Source of the DNA: Opitutaceae bacterium
GTDB lineage: Bacteria; Verrucomicrobiota; Verrucomicrobiia; Opitutales; Coraliomargaritaceae
Direction of reading: 5' to 3'
Length of the DNA stretch: 64,000 bases
Assembly (NCBI GenBank): GCA_051252375.1
Contig: JBPOFY010000001.1
Span: 512,001-576,000 of the forward strand
The stretch's first letter is position 1, and the number at the start of each line of letters is the position of its first letter. The notes beneath the pieces were generated by a model, which was given only the letters and a program-made list of their open reading frames with translations, was not told the origin of the DNA and made no database searches. Positions 1 through 11,516 of the stretch are shown piece by piece. The position numbers and the translations under genes were made by a program.

Positions 1-107
1 TAGCACCCTGAATAGGCACCTACTGCTTTGCTAAAGTCTTGACCGTCATCGTTACTCCAAACTATTCTCCCACCCACTTGTATTTCCGTTTATTTCGCCC
101 ACATTAT

Positions 108-623
108 ATGAAATTAAAACCTCTTTTTTCTCTCGCTTGCCTCAGTGCGCTCTTGATCTCGTTGTTGACGGGTTGTGCCTCGTTTGATCGCGGTACGCCA
201 CAGGAAGTAATCATTTTGTCGTTCCCCACTGAAGCGAGTGTATACATTAATGGGGACGCGGTTGGCATCACCCCGATTGCGGTCAAGTTACCTCGTAAAG
301 TCACCCATGAGGTGCGACTTGAAAAGTATGGTTTTAATTCAGCTGTGAAATATTTTGCACCTGTTGCCAACGAGAAGAGTAAAAATTTCATCCGGTTCGG
401 CCTTTCAGAGGACCTTGGTTACTACGTAGATCTTGAGCCTGGCACTTTACAAGCAGAGCTGAAGAGTGGCTTAGTGCCTAATTCTACTGGCTCAGATCCA
501 TTCGAAACGATGGCTCAAAAGGCCTTAGAGGCAGACCGTCAGCTCGAGGCTGGTGAGATCACACCTCTAGAGCACAAGGTCGTCATCGAGCAGATCATCG
601 AGTTTTTCGAGCAGAGCATCTAA
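108..623 (+). CDS. PEGA-domain lipoprotein
   Basis: ATG at 108 gives a signal peptide with lipobox LLTGC; segment SFPTEASVYINGDAVGITP...LEKYGF is PEGA-like. Confidence 0.7.
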   Translation: MKLKPLFSLACLSALLISLLTGCASFDRGTPQEVIILSFPTEASVYINGDAVGITPIAVKLPRKVTHEVRLEKYGFNSAVKYFAPVANEKSKNFIRFGLSEDLGYYVDLEPGTLQAELKSGLVPNSTGSDPFETMAQKALEADRQLEAGEITPLEHKVVIEQIIEFFEQSI

Positions 624-658
624 GCTCTTGTTGCAATATTACCGCGTGCGGCACTCAT

Positions 659-1039
659 ATGAGCGAATTACCGAAGGACCTTCTCTATACTAAAGATCAC
701 GAGTGGCTTCGGCTACATGAAGACGGCACAGCCACAGTTGGCATCACGCATTACGCGCAGGAAAGTTTAGGAGATATCACCTTTGTGGAGTTCCCTGATG
801 TTGGCGCAACGATGGAGACTGGTGAAACTTTTGGAGTCGTCGAGTCGGTGAAGGCTGCATCCGATCTTTACATGCCGATTGACGCTGAAGTGCTTGAAAT
901 CAACGAAGAAGCGGATTCCTCGCCCGAACTCTTGAATCAAGATGCATTTGGAGCTGGTTGGCTTTTGAAAATCCGCATCACCAATGAATCTCAGGTGGCA
1001 GGATTGTTATCCCCAGAGGCATATTCTGAGATCATTTAG
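659..1039 (+). CDS. gcvH: glycine cleavage system H protein
   Basis: YTKDHEW, GITHYAQESLGDI and the lipoyl-lysine motif VESVKAASD. Confidence 0.97.
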   Translation: MSELPKDLLYTKDHEWLRLHEDGTATVGITHYAQESLGDITFVEFPDVGATMETGETFGVVESVKAASDLYMPIDAEVLEINEEADSSPELLNQDAFGAGWLLKIRITNESQVAGLLSPEAYSEII

Positions 1040-1150
1040 TATCTCAGGCGTAATGCGCCGGATTCGGAACTATATCGAGGCTATCGAGTTACATTTTGCT
1101 TTCTAAGCAGGAGTTGATTGTTCATCGTCTGCGCTCAATTTCATTGCAGT

Positions 1151-3082
1151 ATGACGCCACCCAAAGAACACACTAAGACTTCATGGACGATTGCAGACGC
1201 TGAGAACTATTATGGTCTCAAGCGTTGGGGTGGTCCACATTTCTCGGTTGATGACGATGGCTATATGCTGGTGCATCCAGAGGGCGACCAGCGAGCGATA
1301 CGCATACACGAAATTGTCAAAGAGGCTATCGGTAAAGGCTTAAAGCTCCCGCTTACAATTCGCATTCAAGACCTCTTGCGGACGCGCGTAGTTGAGCTGA
1401 ATACGCTCTTTGCAGAGGCCATTAAAGACGAAGGCTATGATGGGCGTTATCGCGGTGTGTTTCCCATCAAGGTGAATCAGCTGCGCGAAGTGGTTGAAGA
1501 AATCCAAGAAGCAGGTAAGGCGTTCAATTATGGCTTGGAGTGCGGCAGTAAGCCCGAGCTGATGATCGCACTGGCCATGCACAAGGATCCAAAGTCGCTG
1601 ATTATTTGTAATGGCTACAAAGATGATGAGTTTATTAAGCTCGTGTTGGCGGGACGCCGCCTAGGCAAAGAGATTTATATAGTGGTCGAGCAGCTCAGTG
1701 AAGTGGCCCGAATCATTCAGATTTCTAAGAAATTAGGCATCAAACCATTGATTGGCTTTCGCGTGAAATTATCTGCGACAGGCGAGGGTAAATGGGCCAG
1801 CTCGGCGGGGGAAGATGCGAAGTTTGGTCTTACCAGTCCGGAAATTTTAGATGCGATACGTCGACTGAAGCGTGCTGGACTGAGCGATTGCGTGAAACTG
1901 GTTCACTTTCACATCGGTTCACAGGTGCCCAATATTCAGACGATTAAAAAGGCGACAGTCGAAGCCGCTCGTTTCTTCTGCGAATTGCACAAAATGGGGC
2001 TGCCGATGGAGATCATGGATGTCGGCGGCGGCCTTGGTGTCGATTACGACGGATCGCGGAGTAATTACGAAAGCTCCATGAACTATACGATGCGGGAGTA
2101 TGCGCGCGATGTGGTTTATAATATTAAGAATGTTTGCGCCGATTCAGGCGTCCCGGTTCCCGATATCGTGACAGAGAGCGGTCGTGCGATTGTGGCGCCT
2201 CATTCGATCCTCGTCACGGAAGTGTGCGATACGATTTCCAAAACATCGGTCGAAGCCAAGCGTTCGACTAAGAAGAAACGTAATCCCGTCCTACGAGATT
2301 TGGATGCGATTCTCACCAACGAGCATAGATCCAGCGCTCTGGAGCGTTTTCATGATGCTCAACAAAAGAAAGAAGAGGCGAATAATCTCTTTAATCTAGG
2401 TTACCTTGATCTGACAGAACGAGCAGAGGCAGATTCGACCTATTGGAAAATCTGTAAAGAAGTGGCCGTTAACTCAAAAGGTGACGCCTATGTGCCGGAT
2501 GAACTGGATGCCTTGCCTCAAATGATGGCCGAGCAATACGTCTGCAATTTTTCCGTTTTCCAATCGCTCATCGATCATTGGGCCTGCGATCAACTTTTCC
2601 CTATAGCGCCACTCCATCGCCTCAATGAGTCGCCAGATGTCGATGCCACGCTAGTGGATATCACCTGCGATAGTGAGGGGAAAGTGTCTAAGTTTACCGA
2701 TGTTGAGGATATTCGCAGCACGCTTCGACTTCATGAACTTAAGGCTAAACAGCCATACTACCTCGGGTTCTTCCTTGTTGGTGCTTACCAAGACATTATG
2801 GGTGATCTGCACAATCTTTTCGGTCGCGTGAACGAGGTGCATGTCTTCCTTGAAGACGATGAGGAAGATGGCTTTTACATCGAAGACAGTATTAAAGGGT
2901 TCACGATCAACGATGTGCTAGGGTTCACTCAATACGATGGTCACATTTTGACCCGTTTGATGAAGAAGCAAATCGATCGCGCCACCAAGGCGGATAAGAT
3001 TAAGCCACGCGAAGGCACGCGCATGCTCGATGAATACGCCGAACTCCTGCGTGGACCGACGTATTTGAAGACGTCCAAGTAG
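1151..3082 (+). CDS. speA: biosynthetic arginine decarboxylase
   Basis: FPIKVNQ (PLP lysine), HFHIGSQ, DVGGGLGVDYDG, DITCDSEG, GAYQDIMGDLHNLFG; start placed at ATG 1151. Confidence 0.95.
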   Translation: MTPPKEHTKTSWTIADAENYYGLKRWGGPHFSVDDDGYMLVHPEGDQRAIRIHEIVKEAIGKGLKLPLTIRIQDLLRTRVVELNTLFAEAIKDEGYDGRYRGVFPIKVNQLREVVEEIQEAGKAFNYGLECGSKPELMIALAMHKDPKSLIICNGYKDDEFIKLVLAGRRLGKEIYIVVEQLSEVARIIQISKKLGIKPLIGFRVKLSATGEGKWASSAGEDAKFGLTSPEILDAIRRLKRAGLSDCVKLVHFHIGSQVPNIQTIKKATVEAARFFCELHKMGLPMEIMDVGGGLGVDYDGSRSNYESSMNYTMREYARDVVYNIKNVCADSGVPVPDIVTESGRAIVAPHSILVTEVCDTISKTSVEAKRSTKKKRNPVLRDLDAILTNEHRSSALERFHDAQQKKEEANNLFNLGYLDLTERAEADSTYWKICKEVAVNSKGDAYVPDELDALPQMMAEQYVCNFSVFQSLIDHWACDQLFPIAPLHRLNESPDVDATLVDITCDSEGKVSKFTDVEDIRSTLRLHELKAKQPYYLGFFLVGAYQDIMGDLHNLFGRVNEVHVFLEDDEEDGFYIEDSIKGFTINDVLGFTQYDGHILTRLMKKQIDRATKADKIKPREGTRMLDEYAELLRGPTYLKTSK

Positions 3083-3096
3083 ATGATCCTTCTTGG

Positions 3097-4413
3097 CTAA
3101 CTATCCAGATCTTCTTTGGGCAAGGTAGGGATCTTTTCGATCGGTGTGACTTCAGGAATGGCCTCAGCGGAGGCGCTGTCTAAAGCTTCAAACTTCTTAG
3201 CTGTCACCAGTAGGCGACTTTCGACTGAGCTGATTGCTTTGTTGTAGTGTCCGACAGATTGGTCGAGGCTCTTGCCGAGTTTGGCGAAGTGTCCGGCGAC
3301 CACGCCGATACGTTCGTAGAGTTCTTTGCCGAGTGCCGCGATCTGTTTGGCTTCGCGCGCGATGGCTTCTTGCTGCCAACCATAGGCGATGGCCTTGAGT
3401 AGCGCGATGAGCGTGGTCGGCGTGGCGAGGATGACCTTATTGAGCACACCTAATTCGATCAGCTGTGGGTCTTGTTCAAGCGCTGCGCTGAAGATGGTCT
3501 CGTTCGGGATGAAGAGCACCACGAACTCAGGCGCATTGTCGAACTGCGTCCAATAGCTTTTTGCCGAAAGCCCTTTGATATGGTCGCGGATATGGCGTGC
3601 GTGTGCGACCATACGTTCTTTCTGGTGGTCAGGGTCTTCCGATTGCAGGGCATCCAAATAGGCGGCGAGTGGCACCTTGGAGTCGACCACCACGACTCGC
3701 TCGTTTGGCAGACGAATGATCATATCAGGGCGCTGGCGCTGACCATCGATGGTTTCGACGGAGGCCTGCTCTTCAAAGTCGCAGTAGTTGATCATGCCCG
3801 CCATCTCGACTGTGCGGCGGAGTTGCATTTCGCCCCATTGTCCACGGACTTGTGGTGCACGGAGTGCCTGCACAAGGCTACCAGTTGTGCGGCTGAGTTG
3901 AATTTGTGATTCGGCGAGTTGCTGGAGCTGTTGCTTGAGGGTGGCGTCGGTTTGGGTGCGTCGCTCCTCGATCTTTTCGACACGTTCGTTGAAGGCTTTG
4001 AGTGCGAGACCTACCGGTTCGACGGTCTTGTTGATCGCCTCTTGGCGCTTCTCTAGGTCGCTTTTGGCGCCATCTTGATATTTCTCTAGTGTGGTCTTGG
4101 CTAAGTTGAGGAAGGACTCGTTATTTTTTGAAAGGGCCTCAGATGACAGGGCCTTGAAGCTATCTTGTAGGTTCTTTTTAGCCTCTTCAAGCAGGGCGAG
4201 CTTCTCATTGGCGGCTTTCAGTTCGGCCTCACGCTGTGCTTCAATACGGGCGAGGGCTTCCTTGGCTGAAGCATGTTGATTACGTAGTTCGTCTCGCTCG
4301 GCTTCGGTCTGGGTCAATGATTGCTTGATGCCTTTTTGGACGCCGTTGATCACGAAGAAAACGAGTCCGCCTCCGAGAATCACACCCACTACCACGCCAA
4401 TCAAAATTTCCAT
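3097..4413 (-). CDS. rmuC: DNA recombination protein RmuC
   Basis: N-terminal TM helix, coiled coil, RGQWGEMQL, RPDMIIRLP...DSKVPL, TPTTLIALL. Confidence 0.93.
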   Translation of the reverse strand: MEILIGVVVGVILGGGLVFFVINGVQKGIKQSLTQTEAERDELRNQHASAKEALARIEAQREAELKAANEKLALLEEAKKNLQDSFKALSSEALSKNNESFLNLAKTTLEKYQDGAKSDLEKRQEAINKTVEPVGLALKAFNERVEKIEERRTQTDATLKQQLQQLAESQIQLSRTTGSLVQALRAPQVRGQWGEMQLRRTVEMAGMINYCDFEEQASVETIDGQRQRPDMIIRLPNERVVVVDSKVPLAAYLDALQSEDPDHQKERMVAHARHIRDHIKGLSAKSYWTQFDNAPEFVVLFIPNETIFSAALEQDPQLIELGVLNKVILATPTTLIALLKAIAYGWQQEAIAREAKQIAALGKELYERIGVVAGHFAKLGKSLDQSVGHYNKAISSVESRLLVTAKKFEALDSASAEAIPEVTPIEKIPTLPKEDLDS

Positions 4414-4495
4414 AGCTCAATTGAGTCAGCTTTAAGCGAACTGGCAATGTTGGAAACCGTCTGACTGAAATATATGGTGTTATCGCAAAACTTGC

Positions 4496-4544
4496 TTCGA
4501 TATTTGAAGTTCAATGTTGGAAGTTGTAAGTTCGATGTTCAAAT
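4496..4544. repeat. 7-bp tandem array (one-sided)
   Basis: ttcgata tttgaag ttcaatg ttggaag ttgtaag ttcgatg ttcaaat, same unit family as the arrays at 7827 and 45894. Confidence 0.75.
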
Positions 4545-4553
4545 TCATGCATC

Positions 4554-5051
4554 ATGACTGATCAAGATCTTGGACCTACCGGCGAAATTTGCTTCGACCT
4601 GCCTTCTCCCTACGAACCCCATCCATGTGGCTTGCTTCATTTGCCACGTTTTATTGCAAAGTGTCACAAGCATCTGGCTGGGGAACTGCCGAAGTCGTAT
4701 CAGAAGAACTTCTGTCGCGGGTTTGATCGTTTTCTTTCCATGCACCTCGGGGTTGACCCGAAGCAGGTGTTGGAAGCAGTCGAGCAGGCGGGTGATGACG
4801 AGATTGAGTTGGACCGCTTGCTTGGCGAGTTTTTCCCTGAGGATTTGAAGGTCGTCGAATGGAACCGTGAAGTCACCCATAAGGGACAAACTGAGGCGGG
4901 CCGTGAGTTTTTAGCGGAATCGCTCACAAATATGGGTTGTCCAGACATGATCGGCAAGGTCGGGTGTGTCATGGATATGATCGATTTCGACGAGGGGCGG
5001 ATTCCCGGATTCTCTGACGAGCGACGTAGTGAATGGGAAGCTGCGCAGTAG
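4554..5051 (+). CDS. DUF5069-like protein
   Basis: LPSPYE..GLLHLPRFIAK, GFDRFL, DMIDFDEGR resemble this Verrucomicrobia-enriched family. Confidence 0.65.
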   Translation: MTDQDLGPTGEICFDLPSPYEPHPCGLLHLPRFIAKCHKHLAGELPKSYQKNFCRGFDRFLSMHLGVDPKQVLEAVEQAGDDEIELDRLLGEFFPEDLKVVEWNREVTHKGQTEAGREFLAESLTNMGCPDMIGKVGCVMDMIDFDEGRIPGFSDERRSEWEAAQ

Positions 5052-5106
5052 GTTCCTGTCTTTATTCGTAGTATCCGTTGCTAGAATTGCCGATGGGAAA
5101 AATTTA

Positions 5107-5145
5107 AAAGCCCTGCGGTCTTTCGACCGCAGGGCTTTCTTCTTT
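5107..5145. terminator. bidirectional intrinsic terminator
   Basis: aaagccctgcggtc-tttc-gaccgcagggcttt hairpin between convergent genes. Confidence 0.85.
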
Positions 5146-5165
5146 AACAAACAACAGTCTTTAAA

Positions 5166-6197
5166 TTAATTTTCAGCACCTTGGGCAGAGAAGAACTCCT
5201 GTAGCACTTCCATCTTCTTCTGCTCAATACGCTCTTCCTGGACTTCTTCCTTTGAGCGCTGGCGTTCGTTTTCAGTCATAATGCGGCGCATCTTGTGGAT
5301 CGCGATATTCTGAATTTGGCGGACGCGTTCGCGAGTGATCTCAAACTTCTCGCCAACTTCTTCGAGAGTGAGTGGGCGGCTGCCGTCGAGGCCGAAGCGA
5401 AGGCGTATAATCTCGCCTTCACGTTCCTCTAGCAGGCCGATGACAGAAGCGATGTCATTGCTCATCGACTTCCCTTCTAGGTCTTCTAGAGGGGTGGCTT
5501 GGTTCTCGTCGCCGACGAGTTCGCCAAAACTGGTGTCACCGTCTTCGCCAACGGGCGCATCAAGTGAGGCTGGACGGACGCTGACGGATTTGAGGTGCGC
5601 GATCTTGTTGACCGGTATGCCCATGACATAGCCAATTTCCTCATCGGATGGCTCGCGATCGAGTTCGTCAGCCAGTTGGGCAGTCACCTTGCGGATCTTC
5701 GCGATTTTATCGACTAAGTGAACTGGTAGGCGGATGGTTTTGCTCTGATTCGCAAGTGCTCTTTTGATGGACTGTTTGATCCACCAAGCCGCATAAGTGC
5801 TGAGCTTGCCACCTTTTGAAGGGTCGAAGCGTTCGACGGCTTTGATGAGACCGATGTTGCCTTCGCTGATCAGGTCGAGCAGCGGAAGGCCGAAATTGTT
5901 ATAGTCGTGGGCAATCTTCACTACCAGTCGGAGGTTCGCAGAGATCATGTGGTCGCGGGCAGCTTTGTCGCCTTTTTGGATGCGGGCGGCTAGTTTGATT
6001 TCCTCTTTTGGCGTGAGCAGGGGCGTTTTGCCGATTTCCTGCATGTAGGTGCGCATGACATTTCGATCTGCAGATGGTAATGCACGAACGTCAGTGATGG
6101 TGTCGGCTTGATCTGATTCCGAGCGTGGCACGCGGGAACGCTTGGGTGCGAGTGGGCGACTGTTGCGAATTTTTTCTGCTGCCGATTTCTGTGCCAT
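5166..6197 (-). CDS. RNA polymerase sigma70 factor (RpoD/RpoS family, no region 1.1)
   Basis: NLRLVVKIA, DLISEGNIGLIKAVERFDP, STYAAWWIKQ, TLEEVG..FEITRERVRQI. Confidence 0.93.
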   Translation of the reverse strand: MAQKSAAEKIRNSRPLAPKRSRVPRSESDQADTITDVRALPSADRNVMRTYMQEIGKTPLLTPKEEIKLAARIQKGDKAARDHMISANLRLVVKIAHDYNNFGLPLLDLISEGNIGLIKAVERFDPSKGGKLSTYAAWWIKQSIKRALANQSKTIRLPVHLVDKIAKIRKVTAQLADELDREPSDEEIGYVMGIPVNKIAHLKSVSVRPASLDAPVGEDGDTSFGELVGDENQATPLEDLEGKSMSNDIASVIGLLEEREGEIIRLRFGLDGSRPLTLEEVGEKFEITRERVRQIQNIAIHKMRRIMTENERQRSKEEVQEERIEQKKMEVLQEFFSAQGAEN

Positions 6198-6322
6198 GAT
6201 AATGTATGCGTTAGAAGCGTTTATTGCTTACTTGTTTAGAGTGTGGACAGGGAAATTTATTCCTTGTTCATGCATATCTATCGCAGAAATATCGGCAGCC
6301 TTACCGAAAGAATCCAAAAATC

Positions 6323-7816
<1,494 letters not shown>

Positions 7817-7826
7817 GGGAATAGAA

Positions 7827-8009
7827 AACGTCGAACGTTGAACTTCGAACGTCGAACGTCGAATAAATTTTCAAGGACTAATGGTTGAAAGGATGAATTA
7901 TTGAATGAGGGCCATGGCTCATGCTCGGGGGCAGCTAAAGCAGCCGGTCCAAGCCTTGCACAGTGGCTCATTAGAAAATCGAAGTTGAGCGTTCGAAGTT
8001 CAATGTTCA
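7827..8009. repeat. inverted pair of 7-bp tandem arrays between purK and trpE
   Basis: left arm aacgtcg/aacgttg/aacttcg/aacgtcg/aacgtcg (7827-7861), about 115 bp spacer, right arm tcgaagt/tgagcgt/tcgaagt/tcaatgt/tca (7979-8009). Confidence 0.85.
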
Positions 8010-9149
8010 AGCGCCTGCAAGGCGCGTAAAGTGTGCCTCAGCTGATTGCAAGGTCTCCTCGATGTCGTCGCCGACCACGCAGAAGTGCCCCATCTTGCGC
8101 CCCGGGCGTGCTTCGCCTTTGTCGTAGAGGTGGAGTTTTACGTTCGGATCGCTGAGTAGACCGGCCCAGTCGGGTTCGCCATTTTGCCAGACATCGCCCA
8201 GCAGGTTGATCATTACAGTCGCGCATTGCAGATCAGTAGAGCCAAAGGGCAGACCGGTGACCGCGCGGATGTGTTGTTCAAATTGTGAAGTGACGCAGCC
8301 GTCGATTGTGTAGTGACCTGAATTGTGGGGGCGCGGCGCCATTTCGTTGATGATCAGGCTGCCGTCTTCGTCGAGGAAGAGTTCGACGGCAATAAGCCCG
8401 ACAACATTCAGCTTGTCGGCAATCTCGCAGGCAAGTGCCTCACCTGCAGCGCAGGTCGCATCCGTTACACGCGCGGGAACGATCGAGGCGTGTAGGATAT
8501 GGTGCACGTGGATGTTTTCCGACATAGGGAAAGTGATTTTTGAGCCATCGACCTTGCGGGCGCAGACCACGGAAAATTCACCGATGTGGTGGATCCACTT
8601 TTCAACGACGACACGTGGTGGGCGTTCTAGAAAGTTCCAGAGGTATTCACAGTCGGCGGCTTCTTCGGGGGCATTGAGCTTGATCTGACCTTTACCGTCA
8701 TAACCAAAGGCAGCGGTTTTAATCACGCAGGGGTAACCAATTGCTTCGACCGCAGCCTTCAAGCTTTCAGGGGAGTCCGCATATTCAAAAGGCACGCAAG
8801 GCAGATCGTTCTCCTTGAGGAAATCTTTTTCGCGCTGGCGGTGCTGGCAAATGTGTAGCGCTTGTTTGCCTGGCATCACTGGCTTGATCGCGCTCAGCAT
8901 CTCGAGCACCTCGGCAGGGATGTTTTCAAACTCCAAGGTGATGATATCGACGCCCTCGGCAAATGCGCGCAGCGCAGCTTCATCGGAGTAGGGCGCATTC
9001 ACTTCTTTATCCGCCACCATACCTGCAGTGCAGGGGCCAGACGGTTCGAAGATGTGAAAGCGATAGCCTAAAGCGCGGCCAGCGAGAATGAGCATGCGGC
9101 CGAGCTGTCCGCCGCCTAGAATACCAATGGTGCTACCTGGTGTAATCAT
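8007..9149 (-). CDS. purK: N5-carboxyaminoimidazole ribonucleotide synthase
   Basis: IGILGGGQLGRM, GYDGKGQ, NEMAPRPHNSGH, RPGRKMGH. Confidence 0.96.
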   Translation of the reverse strand: MITPGSTIGILGGGQLGRMLILAGRALGYRFHIFEPSGPCTAGMVADKEVNAPYSDEAALRAFAEGVDIITLEFENIPAEVLEMLSAIKPVMPGKQALHICQHRQREKDFLKENDLPCVPFEYADSPESLKAAVEAIGYPCVIKTAAFGYDGKGQIKLNAPEEAADCEYLWNFLERPPRVVVEKWIHHIGEFSVVCARKVDGSKITFPMSENIHVHHILHASIVPARVTDATCAAGEALACEIADKLNVVGLIAVELFLDEDGSLIINEMAPRPHNSGHYTIDGCVTSQFEQHIRAVTGLPFGSTDLQCATVMINLLGDVWQNGEPDWAGLLSDPNVKLHLYDKGEARPGRKMGHFCVVGDDIEETLQSAEAHFTRLAGA

Positions 9150-9652
9150 TATGCTTCCGGTAGCTCGGTAGAGAGCACGGTGTTGGTTTGATTTTCGCGG
9201 AAAGCCTTGAGGCGGTCACGCACGCCGCTGTCGTTGAGCGAAAGGATTGAGGCCGCGGAGAGCGCGGCGTTTTTCGCGCCAGCGACACCGATTGCCAAAG
9301 TCATGACTGGGATGCCTGCGGGCATCTGCACGATGGAAAGAAGCGAGTCTTGCCCACTCAGTGCCTTCGATTGCACTGGCACGCCGAGCACGGGCAGGTG
9401 AGTCATAGCAGCAGTCATACCTGGTAGGTGGGCTGCGCCGCCAGCACCGGCGATGATGATTTGGATGCCACGCGCCTCGGCTTCTTCTGCGTAAGAGTAG
9501 AGTAGTTTCGGGGTGCGGTGCGCACTCACGATCTTCGTTTCGAAGGGAATTTCGAGCTGTTTGAGCAAGGCAGCGGCTTCACCCATGGTGCTCCAATCTG
9601 ATTGGCTTCCCATGATGATCCCGACGACGGCGTTGTTTGCGTTGGCTTCCAT
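9149..9652 (-). CDS. purE: N5-CAIR mutase
   Basis: [36 protein letters not shown]; start placed at ATG 9652. Confidence 0.96.
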   Translation of the reverse strand: MEANANNAVVGIIMGSQSDWSTMGEAAALLKQLEIPFETKIVSAHRTPKLLYSYAEEAEARGIQIIIAGAGGAAHLPGMTAAMTHLPVLGVPVQSKALSGQDSLLSIVQMPAGIPVMTLAIGVAGAKNAALSAASILSLNDSGVRDRLKAFRENQTNTVLSTELPEA

Positions 9653-9838
9653 GGGGGCAAGAGAAGCGGATTCCTTGAGGGAATTCAACCTTTGAAGCGT
9701 TGAAATGGTGCTTTGCAATTTTCTCGATTCCCGAGGCATGCGCAGAGAGTTCTACTCGAGTGGCCGTCCGTGCGTTTGATTCAGACGGTGACTCTGTTTG
9801 TGCCGTGCTCTCGGTGTAATTGGGCGATGAGGCAGTTC

Positions 9839-11455
9839 TTATCCAGCAACTGGCTTAAGTGTGTAACCTCTCGCTAAAGTGCGAAAGCTCTCTGCTTCGC
9901 TCTGCGCCCATGCTTCGGATTCGCCGAGTTCCTGGGCGAGGAGTTGGGCGATGCGGTCTGCTGAATCGATGGCGGCTTGTGCGTTGAGTAGCAGGATGCG
10001 GGTCCGACGGGAAAGGATGTCTTCGACCTTGCGGGCCATTTCGTTCTGAATGGACCAGACGGCATCGGCCATGGTGTAAGGGAGATCAGAATGGATGCGT
10101 TGAGCTAGTTCGGGGCGCTCTGCGATGAGTGCTTGAATTTGTGGAGCGTCACAGCCGTAAAGTGCGAAATGGGTAGGGACGGCTGCCTCTAGCTGTCCGT
10201 TCATTTCATCGGCGGACGTCTGAGGGCAGACGTCCCTACCGCCGTGCAACTTCAATTCCGCGGTCTTGCATGGCAATGCGCTGAGCCCGCCGAGCGTTTC
10301 GGCTTGGTCGATGGCGTCTTCGGCCATGTGGCGGTAGGTGGTCCATTTGCCGCCGGTGATGGTGAGTAGACCGCTGTCGGAAATGAGGATGGTGTGGTCG
10401 CGTGAAAGGGCGGCGGTGTTGCCTTCGCTGTCGTGGGCTTTCACGAGTGGGCGTAGACCAGCGAAGACGCTGAGCACGTCGGCTCGTTGCGGATCTTTGG
10501 CGAGATACTGAGCGGCGTTTTTGAGGATAAACTCGATTTCCTCTTCAAGCGCGACGGGTTCGAGGTCGATGCTTTCGACAGGTGTGTCGGTGGTGCCGAC
10601 GATCACATGGTCGTGCCACGGCACCGCAAAGAGCACTCGACCGTCAGTTGTTTGTGGCACCATCACTGCGGCGTCACCAGGGACGAACTCTTTGGGCAGC
10701 ACGATATGCACGCCTTGGCTGGCGGCGATAATCTTGGGTGTATTTGGATTATCAATACGGCGCAGGGCATCAGTGAAAACGCCGGTCGCGTTAATGATGA
10801 CTTTCCCGGCGAGTGTAAAAGCTTCGCCGGTTTCGGTGTCTTCGCAGTGGACGGCACGGATGAGTCCGTCTGTTTTTTCAAAGCCTGTGGCTTTAATGTA
10901 GTTCAAGGCGATGCCACCCTGGTCATAAACTGTTTGCGCGAGATCGATCGCCAGCCGTGCGTCGTCGAATTGACCATCGTAGTAGATCACGCCGCCTTGC
11001 AGGCCCTCTGTCTCAAGAGTGGGGATGCGTTCGAGTGTTTCTTCTTTGCTGAGATTCTTTGAAGGCTTGAGCCCAAGTTTACCCGCTAGCATATCGTAAA
11101 CTTTGAGACCGATTCCGTAAAAGGGACCGTCCCACCACTTATAGATCGGGACGATAAAGGATTGGTGGCGGACGAGGTGGGGCGCATTCGCGCACAGGCG
11201 ACCGCGTTCTTTCAAGGCGTCTAGCACGAGCGAAATATTACCCTGTTTCAGATAGCGCACGCCGCCATGCACCAGCTTAGTGCTTCGACTGGACGTGCCT
11301 TGCGCAAAGTCCGCTTGCTCTATGAGGGCGACTGAGTGTCCGCGACTGGCGGCATCGACCGCGCAGCCTAGACCGGTTGCGCCGCCTCCTATGATGACGA
11401 TATCGAAAGGTGCTGTGAGCGACTTCAGTTTCGTCAATGCCTCGTTACGATTCAT
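9839..11455 (-). CDS. glpD: FAD-dependent glycerol-3-phosphate dehydrogenase
   Basis: IIGGGATGLG, GTSSRSTKLVHGGVRYL, FAGLRPL, GGKWTTYR; contains an in-frame REP doublet. Confidence 0.92.
   Translation of the reverse strand: MNRNEALTKLKSLTAPFDIVIIGGGATGLGCAVDAASRGHSVALIEQADFAQGTSSRSTKLVHGGVRYLKQGNISLVLDALKERGRLCANAPHLVRHQSFIVPIYKWWDGPFYGIGLKVYDMLAGKLGLKPSKNLSKEETLERIPTLETEGLQGGVIYYDGQFDDARLAIDLAQTVYDQGGIALNYIKATGFEKTDGLIRAVHCEDTETGEAFTLAGKVIINATGVFTDALRRIDNPNTPKIIAASQGVHIVLPKEFVPGDAAVMVPQTTDGRVLFAVPWHDHVIVGTTDTPVESIDLEPVALEEEIEFILKNAAQYLAKDPQRADVLSVFAGLRPLVKAHDSEGNTAALSRDHTILISDSGLLTITGGKWTTYRHMAEDAIDQAETLGGLSALPCKTAELKLHGGRDVCPQTSADEMNGQLEAAVPTHFALYGCDAPQIQALIAERPELAQRIHSDLPYTMADAVWSIQNEMARKVEDILSRRTRILLLNAQAAIDSADRIAQLLAQELGESEAWAQSEAESFRTLARGYTLKPVAG
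10172..10240. repeat. REP doublet (family A) inside the glpD coding sequence
   Basis: ggtagggacggctgcctctagctgtcc...ggacgtctgagggcagacgtccctacc, 69 bp; one arm is identical to the REP flanking the RAYT at 33303. Confidence 0.92.
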
Positions 11456-11516
11456 TAGTGAAACGTAACCGAAGTCGCAGGGCAATGGCGATAGGAATGT
11501 TGCGCGATGGCGCTGC

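Noticed and set aside
7827..8009. Heptamer arrays and REP doublets as a CRISPR array
   Set aside because: There are no 23-47 bp repeats with regular unique spacers, and no cas genes in the window.
9740..9838. Weak hairpin upstream of purE as a purine riboswitch
   Set aside because: Pairing is imperfect and I could not recognise any aptamer consensus; an Rfam search would be needed.
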